64,000 bases of DNA from Azolla caroliniana. Lineage: Eukaryota > Plantae > Polypodiophyta. Of this stretch, positions 36,161 to 48,671 are shown piece by piece. Both the position numbers and the translations under genes were made by a program. Numbering within the stretch: the first letter of the stretch is position 1; each line of letters starts with the position of its first letter. The DNA lies in assembly GCA_043228905.1 (NCBI GenBank), contig JBHGNT010000016.1, positions 15,748,001-15,812,000 of the forward strand. The letters run 5' to 3'. The notes below the pieces were generated by a model. It did no database searches. It was not told where the DNA came from and saw only the letters and a program-made list of their open reading frames with translations.

Positions 36161-39100
36161 TACGACAGAAACAACTACACATCATGGTCATACAAGATGC
36201 ACCAGTACCTGTTGGGACATTGGTACTGACGTTATGTCGATGGAGCAAAGGAGGTAGCGTTGGAGCTGACACACAAGAACTTCCCGGTATGGGAACATGC
36301 AGCGAGTAGAGTGTTGTATTGCCTCACATCTTGTGTGCACGATCAGATGCTTGGCTACATCAGAGATGCAAAGGCGTTGAAAGAAGCTTGGGAAAATCTC
36401 AAAAGGATTTTCACTGCTAGTACCACTGCCCAAAAGTTGCAGCCCCAGCAAGAGCTCAACAACATCCGACAACGGGACATGTCGGTTACCGACTACACCA
36501 CGAAGATAAAGGAGATCTGCATCGCGTTGGGGTCCATCAATGTGACAGTGGACGAAGATGAGATGGTCTAGATTTGCCTTAGTGGTCTAACACAAAGGTA
36601 CGTGCCTATCTGGACGACGATTTGCACCCAAGTGAAGCCACAATCCTTTGACTTGCAATCGATGCTGATGGTTGAAGAAAACGACGCGAGTGGATCAAGG
36701 AATACTCAATCGGACAACCGGATGTAGTACACGGAGGCGGATTGGCCTCTTGGGCATGGAGGACGAGGTGGATCGGCATGCAATAGTGGCAGTTGGCAAG
36801 AGTAGAACTGGAGGTGTAAAGATAGTGCCAACAACAGTTCCAGACCCTCCATAAGCAGGGGGAGTCAAAGTGGCATTGGAAATCGGCAATAAAAGGCCAA
36901 CACGGAATGCTGGTACTGTGGTAAGAAAGGCCACTAAGAGAGCGAGTCCTGGAAGGAGCGCATTGTCGTATTGTACTTCGTACATTACGTGAAATATGTA
37001 CGGAATACCCGATTCAATAAAAATAAAGAAAAAGAAGAAAATACTAAAAAAATTACATTACCTAGATATGGCAAGATTCGAAACATGTACCTCCTTGTAA
37101 ACAAACTCAAACCTTACCATTGTACCAACTCATCATGTGATATAATTTTAGATTTAATATCTCGAAAAGTTATCTTTAAAGTATAAATTCGAGTAACAGC
37201 TACTTATACACATGTAGCATGCATAAAACTTGAGTAAAAGAAAACGCTTTATAAAAAAAAAAGCTACTCATGCACACCTAGTGGGCAAACACTATAATTA
37301 GAAGAAAAGCATGATAGGAAAAGCTATTCATGCACATCTAGTGTGCATGAACACTTTAGAGAAAGCATGATGCTTTCCACGTGGGAAGATATACTTACCC
37401 TCTCCCATCATTATATAAGGGTGGGAAGCAAATTGTAATGGGTTGTTGATTTTTTTTCACAAGGGTTGATTAATATATTATACTCGTGGGATTCACGAGT
37501 TTTCTATCTATTTCTCTCTTTCAATCTAAATTCATATTCTTACCTAAATATTGATTAATAAAATACATTATACTTGTGTGATTCACAAGTTTCAATCTCT
37601 CTTTTCTGCAATCTATTCATAACTAGACTCATCTCAAATTCTTCCTCCTCCTAGTCCAAAACCCCAGCGGTTCCCACCCGACTCACACAATAATCCGGTG
37701 CCGAAAGGCACGACAATGCCGATTCGATAAATCTGGATCCAACAAGACCGGACAAGGGAATTGGTAAAGCTCACACTACGCAGAAGGATTCAGAACTTGA
37801 AAGACCGGAAAAGGGCCAACCTTTGTAATGAAGCACAAGGTGAACTCGATGAATAATACCACTTCCAAATCGGAGGAAATGTGGTACGTTGGTTCTCGTT
37901 TCTGGAAAAACCGGAGGAACCGAGCGCTGTCGAAACTAGAGAGGATAACCCTCACCTTATCAAACATGTCGGAGAAGTTCCCTTAAGTCATGTTGAACAA
38001 AAAGGGAAGTTGATGAACGTATTACATTTTCTGACAATTACGAAGAACTTGGTGTCGGTCGGACAGATCATCGACTAGGGGATGCAAGTATGATTCACGC
38101 ATCTCGGGTGCTTCATCGAGGAAGAAGGCCATATATTTGTGCAAGGGCGCTGGGACGAGAGGATGTTTATCCTTGACACCAACGACGTAGGCACCGCTTT
38201 GTTCACAAAATGATAGAAACTCAAGTCTCATATCGACTTGTGGCACAAGTAGATCGGCCACGCCAATTATCAAAGGCTTCAGGCCTTGTAATCGAAACAA
38301 GTTGTATTCGGATTGCCAAAATTCATTGGTTGGAAGGCCCAAATTTGTGAAGCCTTCTAGCTTGAGAAGCAAGACCGGCTTCTATTCCCCAATGGGCAAA
38401 ACCGGAGCCGGAACAAGCTCGACTTGATACATTCAGATGTATGAGGACCGACACAGAACGTTAGTCTTGGCAGGAGTCGATATTTCGTCTCCTTCATCGA
38501 CGACTACAGCCGGCACACGTGGATCTATCTCATAGAGAAGAAGAGCGAAGTCTCTAACTGTTTCCGGAATCTACAAAATCTTGTTGAAAGGGAAACAGAG
38601 AGGAAGATTAAGTGCCTGCGGTCGGATGATGGAAAAGAGTACTTTTCCGGCCAATTCAACAATTACCTGCAACAGAAGGGAATTTGGAGAGAATTCAGTT
38701 GCAGATATATGCCGGAAGAAAATGACGTTACCGAGAGGAAGAATCGGTTGATTGTGGAGGTGGCAAGGGCGATGCTAGAAGAGAAGAGCACGCCCAAGTT
38801 CTATAGGGCCGAAAAAGTCCGGATTGCAGTCTACATCCAAAACCGGATTGGGGAGAAGGTGTCAACACACGAGCTATGTTTTGGGCGGAAGCCAAACTTA
38901 GGACACCTAAGGGTATTCGGCAACATTGCCTATATGCATGTGCCGGATGAGAAAAGGAGGAAGTTGGACCCGAAGTCAGAGAAGTGTATTCTGGTCGGCT
39001 ACTCACATGAACAAAAGGGGTACAAGTGTTACAACCCTCGAACAAAGGAAGTTCGAGTAACCCGAGATGTCGAATTTGACGAGTCAGCATCATAGTACTC

Positions 39101-40482
39101 TCTATCAACTCTGACTCCCCACCGCCTGATTCCGAAAGATGAGTGCAGTGAGCCTGAAATGATCCAGGCAAACGAAGAAGAAGACTTCAGTACTCTGGAA
39201 GAGAGTTCGATCTCATTCCGGCTAAGTGGGACGAATAGGAGACAGAGTCGAAATGACCCGTCGAATGAAGAGCTGGTGAGTAGCAGAGACTTGACCGTGC
39301 TCTCTCCGCATAAGGAACCAAGGAGACAACTCACATGCATGGAGAAGGGGAAGAAGAAGATGCCAGAATATAACACCGTCAGGGAATAGTCGGATTGGAG
39401 TGAATCCGACTCCGGAAAGAATGAAGATGGACCTTCGGAGACAAAGTCTGAGTCGACCAAAAGGGCCCTTAAATCGGCTAATGAGAAGTTACTCCAATTC
39501 ACTCGCCAGAAGAACCTCGTGAAGTGGTATGGTTATAATGCGTACATGGTGCATCACTATGCGTACATGACGAAAGTGGCGGAAGTGCATGAGCCGGAGA
39601 GCCACGTAAAAGTGGCAAAGGACGCAAATTGGCATGCTACGATGGAGGAAGAAATGCGGGCACTTGATGCCAATCACACCTGGGACCTGGTTGACCCTCC
39701 TCGACATTGTAAACCGATTGGTTGCAAGTGGTTATACACGGTAAAGTATAATGTCGATGGTTCGGTCAACCGGTACAAAGCCTAGTTGGTGGCGAAAGGA
39801 TATGCACAGACACACGTAATCAACTACGATGAGACCTTCCACCGGTAACGAAGATGACAATGGTTCATGTGGTGTTGGCAGTCGCTACAGCGAGGGGGTG
39901 GCATCTTCACCAAATGGACGTGAAGAATGCGTTTCTTCAAGGCAATCTTGAAGAACAAGTCTATATGATCCAACCCCGCGGATTTGAGTCGGAGATGAAC
40001 AAGTCGGCAGTGTGCCAACTTAAGAAGTCACTCTATGGCTTGAAGCAAGCCCCTCGAGCTTGCAATTTGAAGATCACACATTGGTTGCATAAGATGGGGT
40101 TTGCAACCTCCAAGTCCGACTCTTCGTTGTTCATCCGGAAGGGTCTGAAAGGTCTGGTATGCATTTTATTGTATGTCGATGACTTGGTTGTTACTACGCC
40201 CGACCTCGCTGAAATCGGCCAAGTGAAGTCCAAGCTGTTGGATGCATTCGAAATGAAGGACTTGGGGGACCTTCATTATTTCCTCGGGATCGAAGTGATC
40301 CACACCCTTGATGGCATATTGCTGTCACAACGACACTATCTATTGAAAATGTTGTACAAGTTCGGCATGATCGAATTCCACCGGTCTCAACACCCTTGGA
40401 CCGGAATTTGAAGCTTCGTCCCAACTCCGGACCGGCCTGCAATGAGAAATAGTTCCTAAAAATTGTCGGAAGTCTTATATAC
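36161..40482 (+). mobile_element. Second, more decayed Copia copy E2 (gag to RT) joined directly to E1
   Basis: gag restarts at YDRNNYTSWSYKMHQ. Integrase at 38420-39095, RT at 39519-40482 ([15 protein letters not shown]). Cut at IVGSLIY by the LTR of Copia D. Confidence 0.88.
36962..37717. mobile_element. 756-bp non-coding insertion in E2 gag with inverted ends ATTGTCGT...ACGACAAT (solo-LTR-like)
   Basis: Removing it restores the gag frame (W K E R | A D S; E1 has W K K R T E S). Internal TATATAAGGG at ~37412. Confidence 0.7.
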
Positions 40483-43400
40483 TGTAAAGGAATACGTGTG
40501 TGGAAGCGTATGTATAAAACATAGAGTACACAGTTCGGAAGTATGACAATTCGGTAAAACGCAGAAAACACAAAGAGGGAGAGAGAGAGACAGAGAGAGA
40601 GTAGAAAACACTATATTCAAAAAATGATTCTCTGTGTACATACTTCGTGCTCAGTGAGCACCTTTTATACAAGCCCTGACTATTGGGCTCACACAAGTAC
40701 TGACAGTACTTGACCGCTCATAAATGAGCATCCTACACTTACTCCCAAAATTATTCCTTATGATGAATAACATTCAAATGGCGTCTCGGTTTACGCACCG
40801 TTATGGCCATGTTGTGTGTATTGTTTTACGTACCCAGTCTATGCACTAGGTTACGCACCAAATTATGCACCCAATGTTGAGCTTGTCACTCAACACTCCC
40901 CCTCAAGCTCAACTTGAGGTTCCACCTGCTCTTCTAGATCTTCGCTCCGGCTTCTGTTGGCTTCACGCCTTGCTCACGCTCCTTGACCAATTCGATTCCG
41001 CGTGCTTCGACCCTTTCGGTCGGCTTGTCTGCTCATGTGGCTCTTCTCAGCTTCCTTACTGTCGTGGTGTTGGCGCTTCTTTTGCTTCCCTTTTCTCCAC
41101 TTGGCCCTTAGTCGATTTGTAATGTCCGAATCGAACATTTCGATTGAATCGGTCACTTTTGATTCAATTCCACTTTCGCCTGTATTGGCTATCTCCAATT
41201 CGTCTTCTGTCTTTAGGCCCTTGACAACATCAGATCACGTCTTGGTCTTGGCCTTATATACCCCTTGTTCGGTTGTCCTCGGCTCTTCCCTACAGTTACG
41301 ACCCTTGCTCTCTTCTTCGGCTTCTTCAGTCGACTCGAAATCAAATTCTTCATCTGATTCTACATCGCGGTCAATTCCGCTCCTTTCACGCTCCTCTTCT
41401 TGTTCTTCCTGTCTCCCCCTCGAGTTCGGTGTGTTGAGGTGACGCAATCTGAGCTCATCCAAAAAATGCCGCAACTTGTCGAGACCAAGAGGCTTGGTGA
41501 AGATGTCGACAATCTGTCGACCCTTCGGAACATATGTGAGTTCCACTTCACCAGAAAGGACATGCTCGCGGACAAAATGGTAGTGCACCTCAATGTGCTT
41601 GGTCTGAGCATGGAATATAGGGTTTTTTGCAAGGTGGAAACTGCTGAGGTTGTCGCAATAGATCGTCGTCGGATCGGACACCTCCACATGTAGATTCCGT
41701 AATAGCCGTTTCAGCCAAATGACTTCGCACGTAGCGACAATCGCCCCTCGATATTTGGCCTCTGTGCTCGATAGTGCTATTGTCAACTACTTCTTACGGC
41801 TCCACGTGATTGTCGCACTTCCCAAGGAGAATGCATATCCGGATGTGGATCTACGATTGCTGGCATTTCCGACCCAATCGGCATCCGTGTAGCCAACTAA
41901 CTGTTGGGCTATGCTTGCCTGATACAACAATGCCATGTCTTTCGTGCCGCTGACATATCACAATATCCTTTGTGTAAACTAAAAGTGTTCGGTCGTGGGT
42001 TGCAACATAAATTGACTGATCATTCTGACTAGGTAGCTAAGATCCAATTGAGTGATCGTCAAGTAAATTACGGCTTCTGACAATCTATCAGAACTGTGTC
42101 GGGTCGCATGCCTTTTCTGAATCTTGGCGAAGCTTTACGTTTCTATCCAGAGGGTTCGAGATGGGGTTACAATTTACCATCTCGAACTTGAAGAGCATAT
42201 TCAACGCGTAATGACGCTGACTGATCAATATGCGTTCGGGGGAATGGATCACTTCGATCCTAAGGAAATAAGGAAGGTCTCCAAGATCCTTCATTTCGAA
42301 TGATGCTGCAAGTTGAGACTTTACACGGCGGATTTCATCCAGGTTGGCACCGGCGATGACTAAATCATCAACATACAATAATAGATTAACCGGTTCATGT
42401 CGGCCTTGTTGAACAAACAATGAAGAGTCTGACTTCGATGGCGCAAACCCCATCTTACACAACTGTTGCGTAATCTTTGTGTTCCAAGCTTGCGGGGCTT
42501 GCTTAAGTCTGTATAAAGACTTCTTCAATCGGCAAACGGCCGAAGTGTTCTGTTCGGATAGAAATCTAGGGGGCTGTACCATGTACACCTATTCCTCAAG
42601 ATTGCCTTGTAGGAACGCATTTTTTACATCCATCTGATGTAAATGCCACCCCTTTGCCGCCATTACGGCTAGCAGGACATACACGGTGGTCATCTTCGCG
42701 ACCGGTGCGAAGGCCTCGTCGTAATCGACGCCATGCTTTTGCGCGTAGCCTTTCGCAAATAATCAGGCCTTGTATCGATTGATAGAGCCGTTGGTGTTGT
42801 ACTTGACTTTGTACACCCATCTGCATCCAATCGGCTTCACACCCACCCTTCGGTGCGTCAACCAGGTCCCAAATCTCATTATCCGTTAAAGCGCGCATCT
42901 CTTCCTCCATCGCTGCACGCCAATTTGCATCTTCTGCTGCTTCTGCGTAGCTCTCCGGCTCACACACTTCTGCCATGTGTGTCATGTACGCATAGTGGTG
43001 CGCCATGTACTCATTGTACCCGTACCTCTTTACGGGGTTTTTTAGGCCGGTAGATCGGCATAATTCGTGATTACCCGATTTCACGGCCTTTTCAGCCGAT
43101 TTAGACCTCTTACGCGGAGGTTCCTTCTCGATTGGCCCGAGATTAGACTCGCTCCGATCAGACTCGGCATTGGCAAACTCATATTCCGAAATTTTCTTTT
43201 TCCCTTTCTCCTTGCGCGTAAACCATCTCCTCAGTTCTTTACACGAGGACAACATGGCCGAGTCTCCGCTACTCGCCGGCTCTTCATTTGGTTGGCCATT
43301 TTGGCTCAACCCCTCATGCGGCCCACTTAGCCAAAATGAGATCAGAAACTCTCTCTCAGAGCTCCGATTTCATCATTGTGCGGAGGCATCTCAGCCTCGC

Positions 43401-44139
43401 TGACATCTTCTTCAGAGTTCAGAATGGAGTCGTGAGGTGTTGGAGGTGAGGGAAAGTACCACGAAGTGGACTCGTCGAACACGACGTCTCGGCTTATGCG
43501 AACTTCCTTCGTTCGGGGGTTATAGCACTTATACCCCTTTTGCTCGTCTGAATAGCCGACCAAGATACACTTCTTGGCTTTGGCATCCAGCTTTCTCCTC
43601 CTCTCCTTCGGCACATGCACATACGTGATGCTGCCAAAAACCCTCAAGTGTGCCAAGTTCGGCTTCTTCCTGAAGTACAACTCATGTGGTGACACTCCTC
43701 CATTAGCAGAAGTCCGATTTTGCAAGTAAATAGCCGTCCTCACAGCTTCGGCCTGTCACGGATCATAAACTCAAGAGACAAGCAAGAAGATAACCAAATG
43801 GACAAGAAAGAAGATAATATTAAAGGAAAGACTCCATAACTGGTGTTGTTCACCTTGAATTCCTTGAAGGTGAACTCCTCTATTTATACTACATGGCATG
43901 CATACTTGTTGCACGCATGTGAATCTACAATAGAGCATGTAGGTATGCATGCATGTGCCAAGTGTAAATACTACAAGGGAGCAACTATGCACATGATGCT
44001 AGCAAAATAATAAGGACCAATTACATACATAACTAGTACTAGATATCTTGGTTAACTCATAATACTAGATTATAACATGGTTGTGTCAAGAGTTCGAATC
44101 TTGACATTATCCCCCCTCTTACGCCGCCTTCCCAAATCG

Positions 44140-47100
44140 GCCACTGGTTTGTGGGGATATCGGTGATGAAAATCTTGGTTTGTGGGGATATCGGTGATGA
44201 AAATCTTGGACGACCTCTGGGGCATTTTGTAAATTTGCCGATGGTTCCCATGTGGCCTCAGACATGGGGTAACCCCTCCATAGGACGAGGTATTACAAGT
44301 GTTGACGGTGCCAACGCGAGTCAAGGATTTGGTCGACCTCGTATTCCTCCCCTGTCGTCAATTGCACAGGTGGTGGTGGTGGGGCTTGACGTCCTAGGAG
44401 TTGTGAAGCATAATGGGGTTCGAGGAGGGAGACATGAAAAACATCGTGAATCCGGAAGTGGGATGGAAGGGCGAGCCGGAAGGCGACGGGATTGATGCAC
44501 TCGATGATACGGAATGGTCCCAACTTCTTGTAATCAAGTTTCGCACATGGACGAGTAGTACAGATGTGTCGACGTAACAACCAAACCATGTCTCCAACGA
44601 CAAAGTGTGGAGTGGAAGATCGATGGTGATCAGCCTGCTTCTTGTATCGTTCACTAGCAAGACTAAGCTCCAAGGATAAATCATGATGTACTTCTTCCAA
44701 AATGCGGGCGCGATCCTCCGCCGAAGGGTTCACAGAAGTGGTAGGAAGGGAAATGTTGAAGCGAGGATGTAAACCGTAGTTGGCATAGAAGGGAGTGACG
44801 CCAGTCGATGCATGGAGAGAATTATTGTAGGCGAATTCCGCGAGCGAAAGTAAGTTGACCCAATCATCTTGTTGGTAACTAACCGAGCACCGAAGATACT
44901 GCTCAAGGATTTGGTTGACACGCTCCGTTTGCCCGTCAGTTTGGGGGTGATAAGCGGAGGACAACTTGACAGAGATGCCTAAAGTTTGTAGTAGGCGCTG
45001 CCAGAAATGAGAGACAAACTGGGGTCCGCGATCCGAGATGACATCATCGGGGAGTCCATGCAAGCGTACTACATTGTTGAGTAGGAGTTGCACCATTCCT
45101 TCTCCGGAAATGGTTTTGGAGCATGGAGTGAAGTGAGCCATCTTCGTAAACCGATCGACAACGACCAACACCGAGTCATAGCTATTGACCAAGGGTAGAT
45201 CAATTATCAAGTCCATAGAGATAGAGGCCCAAGGATGACGAGGACATGGAAGCGGCTGTAGTAAGCCGTATGGCCGATGATGAATGGCTTTGGAGTGAGC
45301 ACAAACCTCACAACTCTTTATGTATTCTTTGACCAACTTCCATGGTTGTGGCCACCAATACCCCCGAGAGATTAGCTCGAGGGTTTTCGCGACCCCGAAA
45401 TGACCTGCAAGTGGGTCATCGTGGCATTCCCGCAACACCCGGGTGCGACATGGACCCTCTGGGACGTATAAGAGATGATCTCGGAACAACAAACCCTCTT
45501 GTATGGTGAAGGTGTCAAGATCCTTCCTTTTGGTCACCTTGGAGGGGTTTTGCAGACTATCTCGAATCTCGTTGGCGAACGCATCGGTCTTGGATGCATC
45601 AGTGATTTGTTGGAGTAAAGAATCATCCTGCAACATACAAGTGGCAAACAGATGCAATTGGTCGGGTTTCAACAAACGTCTAGATTGTTGAGCATAAGCA
45701 ACATCCCCAGGGCAGAGTGCAAGGTCAGCTCGGCGAGAAAGGGCATCAGCCTTCCCATGTTGGCCACCAGGTCGAAATACGATCTCAAAATCGTAGTCGG
45801 CGAGAAATGTCGACCAACGGGCCTGCCTTCGATTCAAAGTACGAGTGGTGGAAAAATAAACTAAATTTTTATGATCAGTCACTACCTGGACATGATGTTG
45901 TGCGCCGGCCAAGTAGGGTCGCCATTCTTCAAAGGCAGCAATGATAGCAGCAAGCTCCTTGTCCTAAATGGGATAATTGATTTCGGATGCCGTAAATTTT
46001 CGGGAATAGTAAGCCACTGGGTGCATTAGGTTGTTGTCGTCTGCTTGGGATAAGATGGCGCCAATGGCAAAGTCAGAGGCATCGGTTTCGACTTGGAAGG
46101 GTTTTGTGGGGTCGGCATGTAGCAGCACCGGGGCAGTGATGAATGCGTGTTTGAGTGAGTCGAACGCATTTTATGCCTCCGAGGTCCATAAAAATGGAGT
46201 GCCTTTATGGGTGAGAGCGATAAGAGGTTGTGCTAGGGTGGAAAACCCCTTGATGAAGCGACGGTAAAAATTCGTGAAGCCGAGGAAGGATTGCACATCT
46301 TTAAGTCGCCTTGGAGTCGCCCACGCCTGAATGACAGAGACCTTCTTCATATCCATGGTGATGCCAGTGGGCGAGATGATGTAGCCCAGAAATTCGATCG
46401 AGCTACGGTCGAACTCGCATTTCTCGCCTTTGGCATAAAGGCCATGCTCGCGAAGTTTGGCAAGAACTAATCGGACTTGGCAAGTGTGCTCCTCCATGTT
46501 TGGTGAGAAAATGAGAATATCATCGAGGTAAATGACAACAAAAAGATCAAGATATTCCCGGAAAATATCGTTCATCATATATTGAAAAACTGCGGGAGCG
46601 TTAGTAAGACCAAAAGGCATTACCTTGTATTCGAAATGCCCATACCGTGTTCGAAATGCGGTTTTCCATTCATTCCCCGGCTTGATGCGTACTAGATTGT
46701 ACACTCCACGCAGATCAACTTTGGAGAAGACACGCGCAACTCGGAGCCGATCAAGGAGTTCGGGGATCAGAGGTAGTGGATAGCGGTTGCGCACAATGAG
46801 TTTGTTGAGACCTCGGTAGTCGACGCATAAGCGTAGAGAGCCGTCCTTCTTCTTCACAAATAAAATGGGGGCCCCGGCTGGTGACTTAGAAGGTTGAATA
46901 AAGCCTTTCTCGAGGTTCTCATCGAGATACACACGAAGGGCCTTCAACTCTGGTGCAGACAACGCATATAGAGGACCAAAGGGTGGACACGCACCTTCTT
47001 GAAGATCAATCGAACAGTCGTAGAGCCGGTGTTCAGGCAACCGATCAACATTACATTTTTCAAATACGTCGGAGAAGTGTTGGTATTTTTCGGGAATAAC

Positions 47101-47680
47101 ATGGAGTGTGTTAGAAATGGCGCCACAAACAAACCCATCCTGGACGGATGATGGGATAGTCAATTCGGAGTCGACCGTCTCCGAAGGATAGGAAACTGAA
47201 TTTACCTTCATACTTTTGCACGAGCATCTTGGCTTGCTAAATGTGATCGAGCGGTTGCACCAATCCACTATTGGATTGTGCGCTTCCAACCACGTTAGTC
47301 CTAAGACAATCGGATGTCGAGGAGATGCGATGAGGTAAAAGGTGAGCTCCTCTTGGTGTGAGCCCACCCAAAGCCCTAATGGGATTGTAACTTGAGTAAT
47401 TGCACCTGACGAGAGGACGCACCTGTCGATGGCTTCAACTAGAATGGGTTTTGAGAGGCCAACGACAGGTACGCCATGTGCTTGGGCAAACGCGACGTCG
47501 ATGAAGCAAGAAGATGCCCCAGAATCAAGTAAAGCAACAGACTGAATGGAACTAGAGTTAAACGAAAGCCATACCTCCAATGTGAAATTGCCTGATGGTC
47601 CGGCAATGGAACCAAGAGAATGTGGGCGACGGGAGATGTCCAGTTGCATGGCTCCTACTACAACCGAACGATGTCGTTTT
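44140..47680 (-). pseudogene. Chromovirus pol (PR-RT-RH-INT-chromodomain) with premature stops
   Basis: ALLDSGASS, YLDDILI, ETDASDFAIG, CHDDPLAGHFG, SDRGPQF, QTDGQTER, GPF, and EYEVDQILDSR..YLVLWRGYPMSEATWEP (chromodomain with aromatic residues retained). Confidence 0.92.
44145..44209. repeat. 31-bp tandem duplication at the end of the chromodomain
   Basis: TGGTTTGTGGGGATATCGGTGATGAAAATCT at 44145 and 44176. Confidence 0.9.
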
Positions 47681-48671
47681 CCGGATGTTGGGGTCCGTTA
47701 GCTCGATGGAATTGTGGGCGAGTACTCCTAGGACAATGGCGAACGACATGACCGGAGGCGCCACAATACATGCACAAGCCATTAGCCCGCCGAAATTGTC
47801 GTTCAGCATCAGTCAATGGCTGAAATCGGGCTTGATCAATTTCAATGGGGACAGGAGCATCTGCCGAAGTAGGCGAGTGTGAGGATGCTTGGGGTTGTAT
47901 GACCGGGGCGTGGCATGGAAGTGAATGAGGTGGAACCCAAGTCCGGCGCTCTTCTTGGCGAAATTCGAAAAGACGATTGTCACAATGGACTGCTTGTGAA
48001 ATCGCTCGGGATAACGAGGTGGGCTCCGGAAAGTTTAAGATAAGATTCTTAACATTGCTTCGAAGACCGCGCCGAAAGTGATCAGCTAAAGCTTGATCAT
48101 CCCAATTGACGTCGCATGCTAGTTGTTGAAATTCGGAAGCATAGACCGAAGCTGCACGTGAACCTTGTTCGAGTGCATAAATCTTGTTAAGTGTTGTACG
48201 TCGTCGGTCCGTCTCTCCAAATGTGGCCTCTAACTCGACGAGGAAGGCGGGAAAGTCCTCCAATAAAGGTGATGAGGTTTCTACCAATGGTGCAAACCAA
48301 GCTTGGGCCGGACTGGAGAGAAGGGTGCCCACAAGGCCAACTTGTCGAAGACCATCTCCATAACGTTGAGGTTGTAGCCGAATGATAAGTCGAACTTGGT
48401 TGATGAACCCTCGGAAACGCGACCTCGTTCCATCAAATTTTTCTGGGAGGCTAACCTTAGGCTCAAGAAACTGTGACAAAGCTAGGCTAGATGTTGGTAG
48501 AAGATCTGGCTCTAGGCTAGGTTGTTGTGGGAGACTAGGGTTCGGGGGTTGTGAGGATAGGGAGGTACCGACTTGAAGTTCTTGTAAAGAATTTCGAAGA
48601 GCTTCATTTTCAAGCTGTAGTTGTCGTAAGGCTACCATTATTTGGCCTAACTCACTAGTTGAGTCAGACAT
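47658..48671 (-). CDS. Chromovirus gag (337 aa, open)
   Basis: PEKFDGTRSRFRGF, LEQGSRAASVYASEF, knuckle CMYCGASGHVVRHC. Confidence 0.88.
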   Translation of the reverse strand: MSDSTSELGQIMVALRQLQLENEALRNSLQELQVGTSLSSQPPNPSLPQQPSLEPDLLPTSSLALSQFLEPKVSLPEKFDGTRSRFRGFINQVRLIIRLQPQRYGDGLRQVGLVGTLLSSPAQAWFAPLVETSSPLLEDFPAFLVELEATFGETDRRRTTLNKIYALEQGSRAASVYASEFQQLACDVNWDDQALADHFRRGLRSNVKNLILNFPEPTSLSRAISQAVHCDNRLFEFRQEERRTWVPPHSLPCHAPVIQPQASSHSPTSADAPVPIEIDQARFQPLTDAERQFRRANGLCMYCGASGHVVRHCPRSTRPQFHRANGPQHPENDIVRL

